Source: Diplonema japonicum (lineage: Eukaryota > Protista > Euglenozoa: Diplonemea). Taken from it: DNA of 64,000 bases. The stretch is taken from assembly GCA_964019335.1 (NCBI GenBank), contig OZ025658.1, positions 558,001 to 622,000 of the forward strand, read 5' to 3'. The notes beneath the pieces are model-generated. The model did no database searches. It saw only the letters and a list, made by a program, of their open reading frames with translations, and had not been told where the DNA came from. Position numbers and translations under genes: made by a program. Positions 23,034-34,686 of the stretch are shown here, one piece after another; position 1 is the first letter of the stretch, and every line of letters begins with the position of its first letter.

Positions 23034-23930
23034 TTTAAAAAAAAAAAAAATCTTTTTTTTTAATATACAGCAGTTCTCGTTTTGGGTCACGATAGTAGGG
23101 GAAAAAAAAAGGGGGAGGGAAGAAGAAGAAAAAAAAAAGTAAGTGTTGTTTTTACGGAGAACAGAAAAAAAAAAAAAAAAAAAAAAAAGGGCTCGAGTTT
23201 TGTTTTTTTTGTTTTTTTTTGTTTTTGTAGTGTTTTTTTTTTTGTTTTCCTAGAAGAGGTTAGTTTTTTTTTTGTTGTTTTTACGAGCCAATGTTCTCCA
23301 CCCCCCCCCCCCCATCCCTACCCTGTTTGAGTTTTTTCCCTACCCTTTCCCGCCCCTATATTCCCTATACCTTTTATTTTCTCGACTTGTATTTTGCTTT
23401 TTTTTCTTTTTCTTCTTCCCCGCTTCTTCTTTGCCTCCCCCCTTTTTTTTTTCTTTGAGAAGTACCATGTGTAACATAACTATAGTAGCTGTTTTCCGGG
23501 TTAAGTGAAATGTAACTTGGTAGAAGGAGAGAGAAAAAAAGAAATAACATGATGGGGGTAAAAAATAAAAAATGTAGGGAAACAGGGCTGAATTTCTTTT
23601 TAAAAAAAAAAAAATTCTACCAAAAAAGAGGGTAGTAATATTTTTTTTTGTATTTCTTTAGACCCTTTTTTTTCCCTTCTTTCTTTTTCACCTGTTCCCC
23701 CCCCCCCCCCCCCCCCCTTGTACCTCAAAAAAAAGTTAGCATCAAGTTTATGATACTCTCCCCACCACTCATTTCCTTTTTTTTTTTTAAACCCACCTTT
23801 TTATTCTTATTATCTCTCCCATCGTTTGTCTTGTTTACCAGTTTTTGTTTTTTTTTTATTTTGTTTTTTATTCCTTTTCTCTCTCTTTTTTTTTTTTTTC
23901 TTCTCAACTCGAGCCAGGGGGGAGGGTGAG

Positions 23931-24404
23931 ATGACGCGCATCAAGCGCAGATATTTGTTGGGGAAAATACGACTATCTGACCAGAACGCTGACAAAACAA
24001 CCCTGACAGGAAAACAATTGAAATATTGCATTTGGGAAATCCTTGGAGAGGTCTTTGGCGACCTTGGTATAGGCGATGCAAGGCAGGGGACAGAGGTTAA
24101 GTGGCTCTGCCCAAATGGGACATACTTTATGTTACGAGTCCCTGCCACCTCCTACAGGCGAATTCGTGTTTGCTTATCCTTGATTAGCGAAGTGGAAGAA
24201 GGGCGGGGCGCCTTTCTAGGTGTGATCCAGAGCACGGGGTCGGTTAAAAAAGCTGTTGAGAAAATGGAGGAAATTGTAACGAAGGAGGTACGGCAAAAAC
24301 TCCGCGCGGCGAGGCTGGAGGGAACGGACCCCGAACCGGTGAAAAAAATGCTGAAAACATTGAAAATCGTGAAGGAAAGCCTGGACATGGTAGAGGGTGC
24401 ATGA
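23931..24404 (+). CDS. POP5: RNase P/MRP subunit POP5 (Rpp14/Pop5 family)
   Basis: N-terminal R.K.RYLL, FGDLG and STGSVKK motifs; size of about 157 aa. Confidence 0.75.
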   Translation: MTRIKRRYLLGKIRLSDQNADKTTLTGKQLKYCIWEILGEVFGDLGIGDARQGTEVKWLCPNGTYFMLRVPATSYRRIRVCLSLISEVEEGRGAFLGVIQSTGSVKKAVEKMEEIVTKEVRQKLRAARLEGTDPEPVKKMLKTLKIVKESLDMVEGA

Positions 24405-24491
24405 TTTCTCACTTTTTTTTTTTTTTTTTTTTTTTTTCCCCGGGGAAAAAAAAAAAAAAAAAAAAACAGTAACAAACAAAAAAAAAAAAAA

Positions 24492-26210
24492 ATGCCACGT
24501 ATTCCCCTCACCCCGATTTCTGTGGATGATTTCACCTACCAGCCGGGTGTTCACCTCTTTCTCTTAACTCATTTACACACCGACCATCTGAAAGGGCTCT
24601 CTCCCACCTGGGACCACGGCACCATCCTCGGGTCCAACATCACCATCGGCCTCCTAAAAAAACGAATGCCCGGATTAGACACAAGGCTGATGAAGGAAGT
24701 GGAGGCGGGCACGGTGTTCAGAGCACCCGTTGACAAGGCGGGGCATGAGGTGATTGACATTTCCGTGTTGCCAGTGGCGCATTGTATAGGGTCGGTGATG
24801 TACCTTCTGAGGGGATACTTCGGGACGGTGATGTGCACGGGTGACTTCCGGTATTCTTCCTCAAAGAAAATGCTGGTTAACATCCCCGAGCTGCAACGTG
24901 ACGTAATTGATGACATTTTTTTAGACGACACATTTCTGGATCCAATGCACGATTTTCCAGACTGGCCCACGGCAACAAATCAGATTTTTAACTTTCTCGA
25001 CGAGATAGAAAGAACCTCTAAACGCCCTCTTGACCGTATCCTTGTCAAAGTGGACCTCTGGGGCAAGGAAGAGCTCCTCATCGACCTCGCAACACGTTAC
25101 GAAACCCTCGTTGTAGTCACACCCGAACGAATGGAAATGTTAGAACTCGCCATGGGGCTCGGCCTTATACCCGACGTCTGGACCACCATTCCTTCTGAAG
25201 GACGTATCGTAACCGTTTCGTACAAACCAAAAGACACAAACATCGCTTATTTAAGTAAACAAGGCGGGCTCAACATCGCTGCAGTTATACCCTCCGGATG
25301 GGTTGGAACGAAACCGGTTGTTTCAAAAGGCGGCCGGGTGATCAGAGTGGGGTACTCAGCCCACTCCAGCTTTTCCGAAATCCTTGATTTTATCGCATGG
25401 CTCCGACCGCAGGCCATCCAAGGAATCTCAAGAAATGACGGAAACGAGGCGATTCGAAAACACCTTTTCCACCTCACGCGAAACTACCCCAAACCGGAAG
25501 TAAGCCTGATCGACCGGTTGCAACGAGGGAAGCTGGTTCCAAAATGTGTTTCTACAACATTTTCAAGAGCGGGTACCTCTACATTCAAGTGGGGTGCAAA
25601 CCAGAACACAAATGTGGTTAAAACCCCTCGAAGACGTGGGGTCCAATGGCAGGAAGCGGAACCGACTCAAGAAAGCGTTTCGGAACCCATAGCAGAAGTC
25701 TTCACCACTCCGGAAAAACAGAAAGTCATGACACCTGTTCTGGTCCCGACGCCTGTTAAAACCCCTGAAAGCGTTCAAACCCTCTTCAAGGACACGAGTG
25801 ACGAGGAGGACGAGCCGTTGCAGTCATTGCAACAACAAGAGGAAGAGCAGCCTTTCCCCTCTGGTCTTGCCGACCTAGGCGACGCTTACTCCATAATGTC
25901 TGATCTCACCACTAAGCTTGCCAACCCAGCTGCGCGTCCGCCTTTGCCTCCCCGTCAAAGATCTGCTGAGGTTCGGCAGATCGCAAGGAGGCTCGTGTCA
26001 GTCGATGACTGCCCGTCCTCTCCCGTTGACTCGTTGTTGTCAGAGTTGATCGAATCCGACACCACGCCTCAGAAACCAAAATTAAACTGGCGGCCCCCAA
26101 CACCGCCCAAAGCTAAGAAACGAAAACTCCCGACACAACGGGAAAGCGGCGGGACCACACCTCAACTTTCGATGCTGAAAAAACTTCAAAAAAAAATGCC
26201 AGCTTCGTAA
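24492..26210 (+). CDS. DCLRE1B: SNM1/Apollo-type beta-CASP 5' exonuclease
   Basis: ISVD.F, LTHLHTDH..GL, HC.GSVMYL..G.FG....TGDFRY, LDDT, GKEELL, PSGW, YSAHSSFSE. Confidence 0.8.
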   Translation: MPRIPLTPISVDDFTYQPGVHLFLLTHLHTDHLKGLSPTWDHGTILGSNITIGLLKKRMPGLDTRLMKEVEAGTVFRAPVDKAGHEVIDISVLPVAHCIGSVMYLLRGYFGTVMCTGDFRYSSSKKMLVNIPELQRDVIDDIFLDDTFLDPMHDFPDWPTATNQIFNFLDEIERTSKRPLDRILVKVDLWGKEELLIDLATRYETLVVVTPERMEMLELAMGLGLIPDVWTTIPSEGRIVTVSYKPKDTNIAYLSKQGGLNIAAVIPSGWVGTKPVVSKGGRVIRVGYSAHSSFSEILDFIAWLRPQAIQGISRNDGNEAIRKHLFHLTRNYPKPEVSLIDRLQRGKLVPKCVSTTFSRAGTSTFKWGANQNTNVVKTPRRRGVQWQEAEPTQESVSEPIAEVFTTPEKQKVMTPVLVPTPVKTPESVQTLFKDTSDEEDEPLQSLQQQEEEQPFPSGLADLGDAYSIMSDLTTKLANPAARPPLPPRQRSAEVRQIARRLVSVDDCPSSPVDSLLSELIESDTTPQKPKLNWRPPTPPKAKKRKLPTQRESGGTTPQLSMLKKLQKKMPAS

Positions 26211-26321
26211 ATCGACGAGGGGACCAGGACCTTGAAGTTACCCCCCTCCCCCCCTTTTTTTTTAATCCCTGTTTTCCAACCTCGCCCAAAGGGAGAAAAA
26301 AAGAATGAAGGAGGAAAAAAA

Positions 26322-27137
26322 ATGAAAAAAATCGGAATATCGAGTATAATATCAAAGAGGTGGGTGTCCAATCGGTCTGGGTACCCGACTAAGCGACCGG
26401 CGGACGATTTTGAGTCTCACATGAAACGGGACACCACAAGGCTGCAGAGCATGCTGCATAAATTAGGGGACAGCGGAATGCGTGATCTGATGCAGAAGGA
26501 GGAGGTAATGCGTGATAGGAAGCTGCTGAAAGAAGTGGGCCAGCTCCCGTTGGTAAAGACCGTGAAGGAGAGTGCAGGTGAAATGGAAGGAGCTTGCACT
26601 ATAGAGTTATTCGCAGACTGTTTACCAGAAACTACGGGTCTATACTTTTTCCCTTCGAAAGAATTGCTGAAAAACACGGGAGCAGGGTACAGAGCATACC
26701 GAGAGGGTGGATCAAACACACTTGGTGTGAATCTGCGAAACAACCACATTGTCGAGAATCACCGACACAGAAGTAAAGATGATTTCGACACATACATCAC
26801 CCGCCTAACGTCGGCCGTCACCCCTCTCTACAAAGCGACCCCTCTCACGTCTGGCTATCGTTCCGGTGCCACGTCGGGGTACGCCGCGGCGCAGACCACT
26901 ACTCATGATGCGCTTCACCATCTCTATCAGATTTGCCTTGACAAGGGGCTGGTACAGCCACGCCAACAGATTCTGTTGAACATGAAAATACGGGGATTGC
27001 AGAGGGGAAGGGGAGGTGTCTTCCACGCGCTTCGGGAAAACAGCCACTTGGTACGACTACAGGACGTGCAAGATTGCACGCAAGCACGCCTTCCAAAAAA
27101 GAAGAGAAGAGGGCACACCCTGCCAGGCGACGGATGA
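26322..27137 (+). CDS. Hypothetical protein, possibly mitochondrion-targeted
   Basis: 271-aa ORF after an A-rich leader; basic/hydroxylated N-terminus. Confidence 0.55.
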   Translation: MKKIGISSIISKRWVSNRSGYPTKRPADDFESHMKRDTTRLQSMLHKLGDSGMRDLMQKEEVMRDRKLLKEVGQLPLVKTVKESAGEMEGACTIELFADCLPETTGLYFFPSKELLKNTGAGYRAYREGGSNTLGVNLRNNHIVENHRHRSKDDFDTYITRLTSAVTPLYKATPLTSGYRSGATSGYAAAQTTTHDALHHLYQICLDKGLVQPRQQILLNMKIRGLQRGRGGVFHALRENSHLVRLQDVQDCTQARLPKKKRRGHTLPGDG

Positions 27138-27231
27138 AAAAAAAAAAAAATTATTTTTTAATTTCTTTTTTCAAAAAAGGAAGAATTTTTTTTTTACAAG
27201 GGGCATAATAAAAAAAAAAAGAGGGAGGAAA

Positions 27232-28578
27232 ATGGAGGCGACGCTGACATATACCGCGGGGAAGGCTCTTGCTACTAAGGTGGTCCCCTTTATCCTTGCC
27301 ACAAGGGTAGCAGCGGTGATTCCTGGGGGTCCCGTTGCTACCGACGATCAGGGCCGGGTGCACAAGACACCCTTTAGTGTGAGAACGGGGGTTGCGTACA
27401 CCCATGAAAAGTACCCGGAAGTGACCGCGCTTCGGGGGAAATACCACAGGCCGGGCATGCCAAAATACGAGCCCCACCAAATTGCGGCTAGGTCTGAGTA
27501 CGATGGCGAAAACGTTCAAACACACAACAACGTATGCTTCGTCTTAACGGGGAAAAAGAAAAGAAGAAAAAAAAAAAAAAAAAAAAAAAAAAAAACAAAA
27601 AACAAACCAGTTGGCCGGATCAGTAAACTCGGTGTCTGTCTACGAAGACAACAAGGGACTGTACAACAGACTTGTCTCGTATGGAAAGATAAAATAAAAA
27701 AAAAAAAAAAAAAAAACAGCGGCGACATGATCCCCTGTCAATGGGGCCAGCAAGGCGACAACGGTCCTTTGAAGGGTTTCACCCGCGACAAACAAATCAC
27801 CCCTGCCGATTTGCTAGCGGGGATGCGGCTGAGCGAGACTGACGTATGACAACCAAACAAACAAAACCAAAAACAATAAATAAAAAAAACCCCCCCACAG
27901 ATAAGGTTCTGCCAGAAAAACTACAATATCCCCGATGACCAGAAGGCGATGCTTGGCTCTCGGAGGTTTTTCGGGATGATGGCGGATAAGTTCCCCGGTG
28001 CGGGCTTGGAGAAGAGGTCCACTTTGAGCCATTACTGCGCCACTTACAAGACAATTGCGAACGCGACAGCTGTGATCCGTCCTTACTACGCGTCGAAGAA
28101 GGCGAACGGTTCGGAGCACCGGCCCATTGACTCCGGATACATTATCTCGATGCGCGGGACAGACAAATCAAAGTACACCGTTGCAACGCCCTCCGCCGGT
28201 GACTATACTCAAGACAATCTCACAGAAATGAACCACTTCACAAACATGTGGAGGACAAAAACCGAAATGTCGTCAAGCGACGAAAATCCAGGACGGTCAA
28301 GAAGGCAAATGTACCCATCTCTGCAGGCGGCTATTCTCGAGGTGGAATCTCTTGGGCTCAACTGGTACGTGGAGTCAGATAAGTCCAATGCATGGCCTGT
28401 GTCTCGCCACCCGCTCTACGCCGCGAATTTCACATACCGTGGATGCACTAAGATGCGGATGAACGAAAAAGGTGCAAAGCGTCAGAAGGGTGGAAACGCA
28501 CCGCGCGTTAGCGAGTGGGACCCTTCCCTTGAAAATCACTTCGAGGGTAAAACCAAAGAAGATGTGTTTTTCGCATGA
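27232..28578 (+). CDS. NDUFS4: Complex I accessory subunit NDUFS4-like with N-terminal extension; exons 27232-27531, 27611-27678, 27720-27843, 27901-28578
   Basis: Three GT-AG A-rich introns splice into one frame; C-terminal SLQAAI...ESLGLNWYVE.........YAANF resembles the NDUFS4 core. Confidence 0.6.
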
Positions 28579-28749
28579 GAGAAAAAAAAAAAGAATGAGG
28601 GGGTCGGGTAGTGTAAATTCTTCGTTTTTTTTTTTCTTCCACCTCCCCTCTTTTTTTTTTTTTTACTTTTTTTTTTTACTACCACGGGTATTATTATTTT
28701 TTTATTTCATGAATGACTGTACCAAAAAAAAAAAGTGTTTTCACCGTCC

Positions 28750-28793
<44 letters not shown>

Positions 28794-28912
28794 CTTCCCA
28801 CCCCTTTTTTTTGTCTTTTATATGTGTAAGGTTTTTTTTTTTTGGTTTTTTTTTTTTCGCGCAAAAAAAAAGAGAGAAAAATCAGCAAAAAAAAAAAAAG
28901 AAAAGAAAAAAG

Positions 28913-29275
28913 ATGATGAAATATCTTTACACGGAAAGGCTTACATACGGGGTGGGAACGGGAGGTCTGGTGGTGTTGGGGTGTGCGCTGCAGCTGATTT
29001 GCTTCGGGATGAGTCTGTTAATCGATTTCAAAACGCGGGAGTTGGATGTTTCCTGTTCCAGCACGGGGGGTGATCCAGCACAAGCGACAACAAGACAGCA
29101 GCAGCTCCACGATCTATACTGCAGAAAGTCCTCCATTGATATGTTCCACCTAGAGGCAACACACTATCGGCTATCCGTGACCAGCAACTGGTGTATCATA
29201 CTGGCGATCGTTTGCGCATTCTACGCCTACCGACCGAACGTGTACGGGGCTTCTGTGAACATCCTACGCCCCTAG
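28913..29275 (+). CDS. Small membrane protein with two predicted TM segments
   Basis: 120 aa, two hydrophobic stretches, ATG after a poly(A) leader. Confidence 0.55.
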   Translation: MMKYLYTERLTYGVGTGGLVVLGCALQLICFGMSLLIDFKTRELDVSCSSTGGDPAQATTRQQQLHDLYCRKSSIDMFHLEATHYRLSVTSNWCIILAIVCAFYAYRPNVYGASVNILRP

Positions 29276-29295
29276 AATTAAAAAATAAATATATA

Positions 29296-30265
29296 TGAGC
29301 TCGTCCGGAAAAAAATGTCAACAAATGACCCTCCTATGCGGCAGAAAACCCCCGTTAAATTTCTAAGTAAAAAAGTAGTCCGACACCACTTTGTGTGCAA
29401 AAATGCAGTCTAAGCTTGAACACCATATAGGTCAAAATGCTCGCCGTTTGTTTTATTTTTAAAACGCACGTGCAAAAACATGTTTTTTAGAATGGTTTTT
29501 GGCAAACGATTCAATTTGGAAGTTACAAATAACCCAGACTCCATTTTTTATTTTCGTTTTTCCGTGAAAAGCGACAGGAGGAATGGACGCAGATTGAAAA
29601 TCTGTGAAACCTTACCCTTAAAGTGCCATTTTGGCCTATTTAAGGCTAAAATCCCTTTAAAATTCCTTAAAAAAGCAAACTTTTCACTTTTAAAGTATTA
29701 TGAGTGCAAAAGAAAAGGAAAAACCTCAGCAGATGGGTAGAGAATGAAAGTTTGACCCAAAGATACCAGTGCCAAAGCTATGCATGAGCAGACAAGTGTT
29801 AAGAATTGGTTTTTCTGAAAAAGGCCAAAATCCCTTAGGAACCCCTTGAAAAAGCCAAAAAATAGGGTGTAAAAAACCGGATTTTCGGGGGCTATGCGGC
29901 GCCATATATTTTTCGCTAAGTACTTTTAACAGTAACCCGACCCTGGGTTGTACCCAGGGGTCACAAGTGCGCTTGAACACCAATTTTATGCACCCTAGAT
30001 GCTGCAATTTAAGCAATAAAATTGCATTTTAAACATTTTCCGCCGTTTTGTTTACCTCTATTTTTCGCTTCCCGGGGGCAGCCGGTTGCAAAGCCTGCCA
30101 CCCTCATGGCAAAACAAGCATCGCAATTGAAAGAACGGCGTCATGTACACTATATATGTCATCTTCCTATGGTTGCATGCTGCCCTTTTTTTGTTCAAAT
30201 AATCAAAACAAGAAATTTTCGGAGGTGCCCAAAAAAGTGTTGACATTTTCGTCCGGACGAGCTCA
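29296..30265. mobile_element. MITE (~970 bp) with ~28-bp TIRs flanked by TA
   Basis: TGAGCTCGTCCGGAAAAAAATGTCAACA versus TGTTGACATTTTCGTCCGGACGAGCTCA (2 mismatches); TA on both sides; no coding capacity. Confidence 0.8.
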
Positions 30266-30415
30266 TATAAAAAAAAAGTACGACTTACCAGTCTATCGTT
30301 ATTCTCTTTTCTCCTTTTTTTTCCCCTTTTTTTTTCTTCCCTCCTTCATTATTCGTCAATCTTCGTAAAACATCAAAGAGAGAAAAAAAAGAGAAAAAAG
30401 AGGGGGACGATTGGA

Positions 30416-32569
30416 ATGTCCCTGGACCCTCTTGTAGAACTCTGCAGAAAGGATGCCTACTCGGTGCTCCCACCACAACCGCTCGGGGACTATTTACAGG
30501 CAATCGTGGAGACGCTGAAAAAACAAGAAGACAGAATCGAGGCGTTGGAGGCAAAGGAGGAAAAGGCGACGATGAGGGTGGAAAGCTGCGAGGACGAGAT
30601 TCAAAAACTTATTGGGTCTGTAGATGGCATCATACACACTACAAGCAAGGACACCTCAGTGACAAGGCTCGCAAACCTCGAGGAAGGTCTGAGAGAGTTA
30701 CAGGGCACCCGTTTCGGAGACGAGTACAGCGGCGACGCGAGGCTCGTGGCGATCGAAAGAGACCTGCGTAGAGCCGTTGACCACGAAAAAACTTCGGACC
30801 CTGCTGGGGTCGTCCTTGACATGGATGTAGCAGAATTTTACAATGCTGGTGGAAAACCTGCTTTCAGAGAAGCCATTTCCGGTAAGCTAGGCATTCCCAT
30901 CACATCTGTTCAAGTCATGCAAGACCCAACCTCGACCGACGAAGGCCGGACAAAAATTGTGTTTAGAATCGTGTTTTCCTCACAGCAGCGTGAATCGGCT
31001 GAAGGTCTCTGTGCATCGTTAATGGGCAGGTTTGCGGCAGGGAGTGCTGGGGGTGTCCTTAATGCCCCGGTACGCAACCCCACCCGCCCAAACTTTGCAA
31101 TGGTGTCGCCAAAACTCTGCCTTGCAAAGACCGTCGACAGCCTCACACACGCTCTCCTTTCCACAATGAACCACCTCCGCAGATCCGAGTTTTGGCTCCA
31201 CCACGCTTCTTACTACTACACAGCACTCAAAACCTTCAAAAAAAACCGCTGGAAAGGGAAGGAACCCCACTGTGTTGCACTGTCGGTTGCAAACACGAAA
31301 GTCCTTCTCTCGAAGTACTACAGAAGGTTGTTTCGTTACATCGTGGTCTCGAAGAAACAAAAGGCTCGAACGCGCGCTTTGAAATACCTATCGATGCACA
31401 CGTCCGCAGGACTTGCTAAGGTTTACCACAAGAAGTGCTTGAACTGGCTGGCCAACGCAAAGATCTCGGTGAAGAAGGGGCAGAAGGGATCCGGGGTTGC
31501 GAATAATCTTCTTCTCGCTACTACTCGCGGGGCGAGGCTGAGGTGCTACAAGGCTTGGAAAAAATTCGCTTCGAGAAGACGGGCAAAGAGGGGTATGATC
31601 GACAACCTGGCGTTGGTTAACACAGGGGTTCTCAAAGCAAAATACTTCTCCAAACTGGCTCGGTACAAGGACCAAGGCCTCGCGTTGAAACGTCGAAACA
31701 TCGCGATTCACGCGATGTCTGTGATGAACTGCAACATCCTCCGTTCCGTGTACTACAAAAAACTTGCAAACCATGTAAAAATCATGCAAAAGCGTAGGAA
31801 AAAACGCGCGGTCCAGAACAAGTTTACCAACGAGCTGCACAGGCAATCACTGAAATCCCACGCAAAACACGCGTTTAAACAACTGTCAAACTTTTCAAGG
31901 ATCAAAAGCAAAGAACGTGAACGGGAAATGCTTTCAAAAATCACGCAAATGGTCTCCACCGATGCGAACGAAGACCGTTGCTCCGAACTGTCAAAAAAAT
32001 GCGATTCGCTAGGCACACAGGTGGACGTGAGCTTGAAGACGTTGACAAACACCAATTCTGTTTTGAACAAGCTCGTCGACAGGCTGATATCCGTTGACGA
32101 ACAATTAGATCATCTAGACAGGGAAAAGGTCAGCAGGAAAGATCTTAAAGAGCTAGGGCCTCAACAACCCCTCTCTCAGCCTACTTCCGACACCGCAGTA
32201 ACAGCTGTGACTTCTATGTCATCAGGAGGCGTTAGCAATAGAAACATTTCCCCCCCGCGAATGAACAGCGCGAGAACGTCATCCACTATAAACAGCGATC
32301 CCAAAGAAGCGGAGCAGTGGCGTTTGTTGCAGAAGGAAAAGGCCCGCTTGGCCGAGGTCACTTCGACCCCGCCAGCGACACGGTGGGACTCTTACCCCAC
32401 AGCGATCCCCTCGAACCCCCCCTCCTACACAGGGCTTCCTTCTACGGAGGACACCCTTTCCCGTGCGCGGCAGTGGCAGAAGGACCGTGCGAATTTGACC
32501 CCTTTGCGTGACTTGAACCCGAACCCTCCCAGTGACACGTCGCTTCCTCCAGGATGGAGGATCACGTGA
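30416..32569 (+). CDS. Coiled-coil protein with basic aromatic-anchored helical repeats
   Basis: 717-aa ORF; repeats such as KYYRRL, KYFSKL, VYYKKL, CYKAWKKF. Confidence 0.7.
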   Translation: MSLDPLVELCRKDAYSVLPPQPLGDYLQAIVETLKKQEDRIEALEAKEEKATMRVESCEDEIQKLIGSVDGIIHTTSKDTSVTRLANLEEGLRELQGTRFGDEYSGDARLVAIERDLRRAVDHEKTSDPAGVVLDMDVAEFYNAGGKPAFREAISGKLGIPITSVQVMQDPTSTDEGRTKIVFRIVFSSQQRESAEGLCASLMGRFAAGSAGGVLNAPVRNPTRPNFAMVSPKLCLAKTVDSLTHALLSTMNHLRRSEFWLHHASYYYTALKTFKKNRWKGKEPHCVALSVANTKVLLSKYYRRLFRYIVVSKKQKARTRALKYLSMHTSAGLAKVYHKKCLNWLANAKISVKKGQKGSGVANNLLLATTRGARLRCYKAWKKFASRRRAKRGMIDNLALVNTGVLKAKYFSKLARYKDQGLALKRRNIAIHAMSVMNCNILRSVYYKKLANHVKIMQKRRKKRAVQNKFTNELHRQSLKSHAKHAFKQLSNFSRIKSKEREREMLSKITQMVSTDANEDRCSELSKKCDSLGTQVDVSLKTLTNTNSVLNKLVDRLISVDEQLDHLDREKVSRKDLKELGPQQPLSQPTSDTAVTAVTSMSSGGVSNRNISPPRMNSARTSSTINSDPKEAEQWRLLQKEKARLAEVTSTPPATRWDSYPTAIPSNPPSYTGLPSTEDTLSRARQWQKDRANLTPLRDLNPNPPSDTSLPPGWRIT

Positions 32570-32782
32570 GAAAAGAAGGAAGAAGAAAAGCAAAGAAAAA
32601 AAAGAAAAGAAGAAGGAAAAAAGAAATGTGTTGTAAATGAGAATAAAAAAAAAAGTAGATTTTTTTTATATTTTGTTAGATTTTTGTATTTTTTGTTTCC
32701 ACTCTTGTTAACGTTCTTTTTTTTTTCTTCTGTTCCCCCGACTTTGTTACCCATTACTCTGATGACTTTAATTTTATCAGGG

Positions 32783-32810
<28 letters not shown>

Positions 32811-32816
<6 letters not shown>

Positions 32817-34391
32817 GAAAAATTACGCGTGGACACAGACAGCGATGAGGAGTGTCCTGCGGTGGAGGAAGAGGAGGAAGAGAGAAATCTGTTGGAGCTA
32901 ATCGGGCTGGGCAGCTGTGCCGGGAGAGTGATCAAGATCCAGATGGGCGGAGAGAAGATCCTGGGCCGCGCTGACTTCGACGAGAAAAAACTCAGCGGCC
33001 AGCACTGCAAGGTGGCGCTGGGAAAGGAAGGCTGCTACCTGGTAGATCTATCGAAAAACGGCACTTTTGTCAACAAAAAATCTGTGATAAAAGGCGATAA
33101 GGTGAAGCTTCACCCAGGAGACTCCATCTCGCTCACCCACCCAATCAAGGAAAAGGAAACCTCCTCTAAAAAAATCGAGTTCTTGGTGAAATACACAGAG
33201 CCGCACAAACCAACGAAACTAGAACCGCTTCTGAAAAAACAAACCTCTTTGAACACGGACGGTTTGGAGGAATCTCTCACATGCTGTATCTGCCAGGAAA
33301 TTCTGTACAAACCGGTTTCATGTTTACCATGCCTGCACAATTTTTGTTCGCCGTGTTATTCAGATTGGATTGAAATGGGTCAAGAATCAAGTGGAAACTG
33401 CCCGTTCTGCAGGACAGTGACATCTGAAGTTCGAAAAAACCACGGCTTGCAAAAGGCGGTGGACGCGCTTATCTCAACAAAACCAACTCTAAAACGCTCG
33501 GAATCGCAAATACAAGACCTTGAAAAACGAAATAAAATAACGGACGAGTCTCTACGCGTGGTGGGGGCGAAACATAAGTACGAAGAAGATGATTACGACG
33601 AACAGGACGAGGAGGAAGAAGACGATGGATTTGACAACGAAACAGACGGGTCTCTGTTCTCGCCCCAGAATCTCATCCCTGGAGGTTTCGCGTTGGGCAA
33701 TATTCAGTTCGGGTTTGGTTTCGCATCGGGCGATCAGTGCAAGGAATGCGCGACACCTGGTCCCGACGGCTTTGCCTGTGGATCCGTGAAGAACCATTTA
33801 CGGTGTACCTCGTGCAACCAAAACTTCCCAAACCGTCCCGAAAAAATTCAAAGATGCGATGTTTGCAAACGGCCGTTTTGCCACGCATATTGGTCCTGCC
33901 CCGGTCCCGGGAATGGCGGTGGGTTCTCTCTGTTAAACGCGCAGCACTTCCACAACATACCCCCTGCAACAACATTTGCTGGCAATCCATTTGAATTAAA
34001 CGTCCTCACCACGTGGATGTCGTCGCAAAACAAAACGACCGCCGATCTCTGGAAGGAGTGTCTTGAGAAGCTCGACCGTCGGGAGTGGACGCCCCATGGT
34101 ATTATTTGCAACACGCCAAATGTCAAGTCGGACAATTACTCCTGTGGGAACTGCGCTTCTAAGATTTTCGGTGGGTTGCTTTACCACCTGCGTCGGTCCA
34201 TCCCGGATTCGGAGCTGCCGGACGCTATTTCGCAACGGAGTGAGTGCTGGTATGGGTTGCAATGTAGAACACAGCACAACAAGGTTTGGAAGAGGGTGGG
34301 GAAAAAAAAAGGGAGGGGGAAAAAAAAAATACAGCCCGTCCACGCCGCCAATCTTAACCATGTTTGCCCCAACACCCGTGGTGGTGGGTGA
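32811..34391 (+). CDS. CHFR: CHFR-like E3 ubiquitin ligase (FHA-RING-Cys-rich-PBZ); intron 34284-34334
   Basis: FHA (GR..., SGQHC, DLSKNGTFVN), RING CCICQE...CLPCLHNFC..C, CWYG..CRTQHNK/PVHA..LNHVC PBZ restored by splicing. Confidence 0.88.
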
Positions 34392-34686
34392 GTTGATTAG
34401 AAGAAAAAAAGAAGGGAAGAAGGAGAAAAAAAAAAGGCTCCGTGTGTTTCTCTCATTTGGAGGCTTTTTTTTTTTTCTTTTTTTTTTTAGTTTCTTTTCT
34501 TTCCTTTTTTTTTTATAAAATGATTTTCCCCATCTCCCCTGTCCTTATAGTACCATACCTTTCCTTTTTTTTTTTTTTTTTTTTTTTTCGCCTATCTTTC
34601 TCCCCATGTATCTCGATGGCTTTTTTTCACCCCCCCCTTTTTTTTCTTCGAAAAAAAAACCCCCTGAAACAAAGGAAGAACATGAA

